From NCBI GenBank assembly GCA_002269645.1, contig NIVC01000026.1, positions 31,395 to 95,394 on the forward strand: 64,000 nucleotides of DNA, read 5' to 3'. The translations under genes were made by a program, and so were the position numbers. The stretch is from Macrostomum lignano. Lineage: Eukaryota. Positions 63,385 to 64,000 of this stretch are shown piece after piece. A model generated the notes under the pieces. That model saw nothing but the letters and a program-made list of their open reading frames with translations. It had not been told where the DNA came from and searched no databases. Each line of letters starts with the position of its first letter. Positions within the stretch are counted from its first letter, which is position 1.

Positions 63385-63835
63385 CTTGAGTAGAGTCGTA
63401 ATGACTGAGTCAGTGATTGAGTAGAGTTGTAATGACTGAGTCAGTGATTGAGTAGAGTTGTAATGACTGAGTCAGTGATTGAGTAGAGTTGTAATGACTG
63501 AGTCAGTGATTGAGTAGAGTTGTAATGACTGAGTCAGTGATTGAGTAGAGTTGTAATGACTGAGTCAGTGATTGAGTAGAGTTGTAATGACTGAGTCAGT
63601 GATTGAGTAGAGTTGTAATGACTGAGTCAGTGATTGAGTAGAGTTGTAATGACTGAGTCAGTTATTGAGTAGAGTTGTAATGACTGAGTCAGTGATTGAG
63701 TAGAGTTGTAATGACTGAGTCAGTGATTGAGTAGAGTTGTAATGACTGAGTCAGTGATTGAGTAGAGTTGTAATGACTGAGTCAGTGATTGAGTAGAGTT
63801 GTAATGACTGAGTCAGTGATTGAGTAGAGTTGTAT
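63385..63835. repeat. Minisatellite, 31 bp (ATGACTGAGTCAGTGATTGAGTAGAGTTGTA)
   Basis: 14 near-identical units. Confidence 0.97.
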
Positions 63836-64000
63836 TGAGTTAGATCCGGTTTGAGAATTTTTCAGCCATTGCCAAGCATCATGAAGTAAAGCCACGCGGT
63901 GCTGCAATGGGAATACTATGTAATAATGGACTTTGAGATTTCAACGATGACAAGGCGGAAGGTTTCTGAATGCAGCGATGAGTTTATTTCTTCCTTCTTG

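Overview
Repeat-rich eukaryotic (metazoan) genomic DNA with GT-AG introns and TTAGGG-type repeats. The GC-rich exons and ubiquitous minisatellites resemble the flatworm Macrostomum (inference, not verified). Genes reconstructed by hand from splice sites and frame: (1) two tandem hnRNP A/B-family genes (+, 16.7 and 19.8 kb); (2) a 14-exon secreted protein (+, 21.8-30.3 kb) with signal peptide, a Pro-rich stalk encoded by eight tandemly duplicated 33-nt micro-exons, and two WSC domains; (3) a co-oriented minus-strand cluster of an Mps1/TTK-like kinase, DHX36 and PXMP2; (4) an intronless secreted PAN/apple + C-type lectin gene (62.4 kb). Mobile elements include a full-length mariner (D,D34D, one frameshift), two tRNA-derived SINEs, several MITE/hAT/long-TIR elements (some nested) and two copies of a Helitron-like element carrying a minisatellite. 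About 20 distinct minisatellites occur, mostly inside introns. The most interesting signals are the exon-array satellite, strong CpG decay of repeats including CG>TA doublets (RIP-like), a stop codon split off by a terminal intron (NMD candidate) in hnRNP copy 1, and satellites made of splice-donor, G-quadruplex or AP-1 motifs. Most long ORFs in the supplied track are satellite read-throughs.
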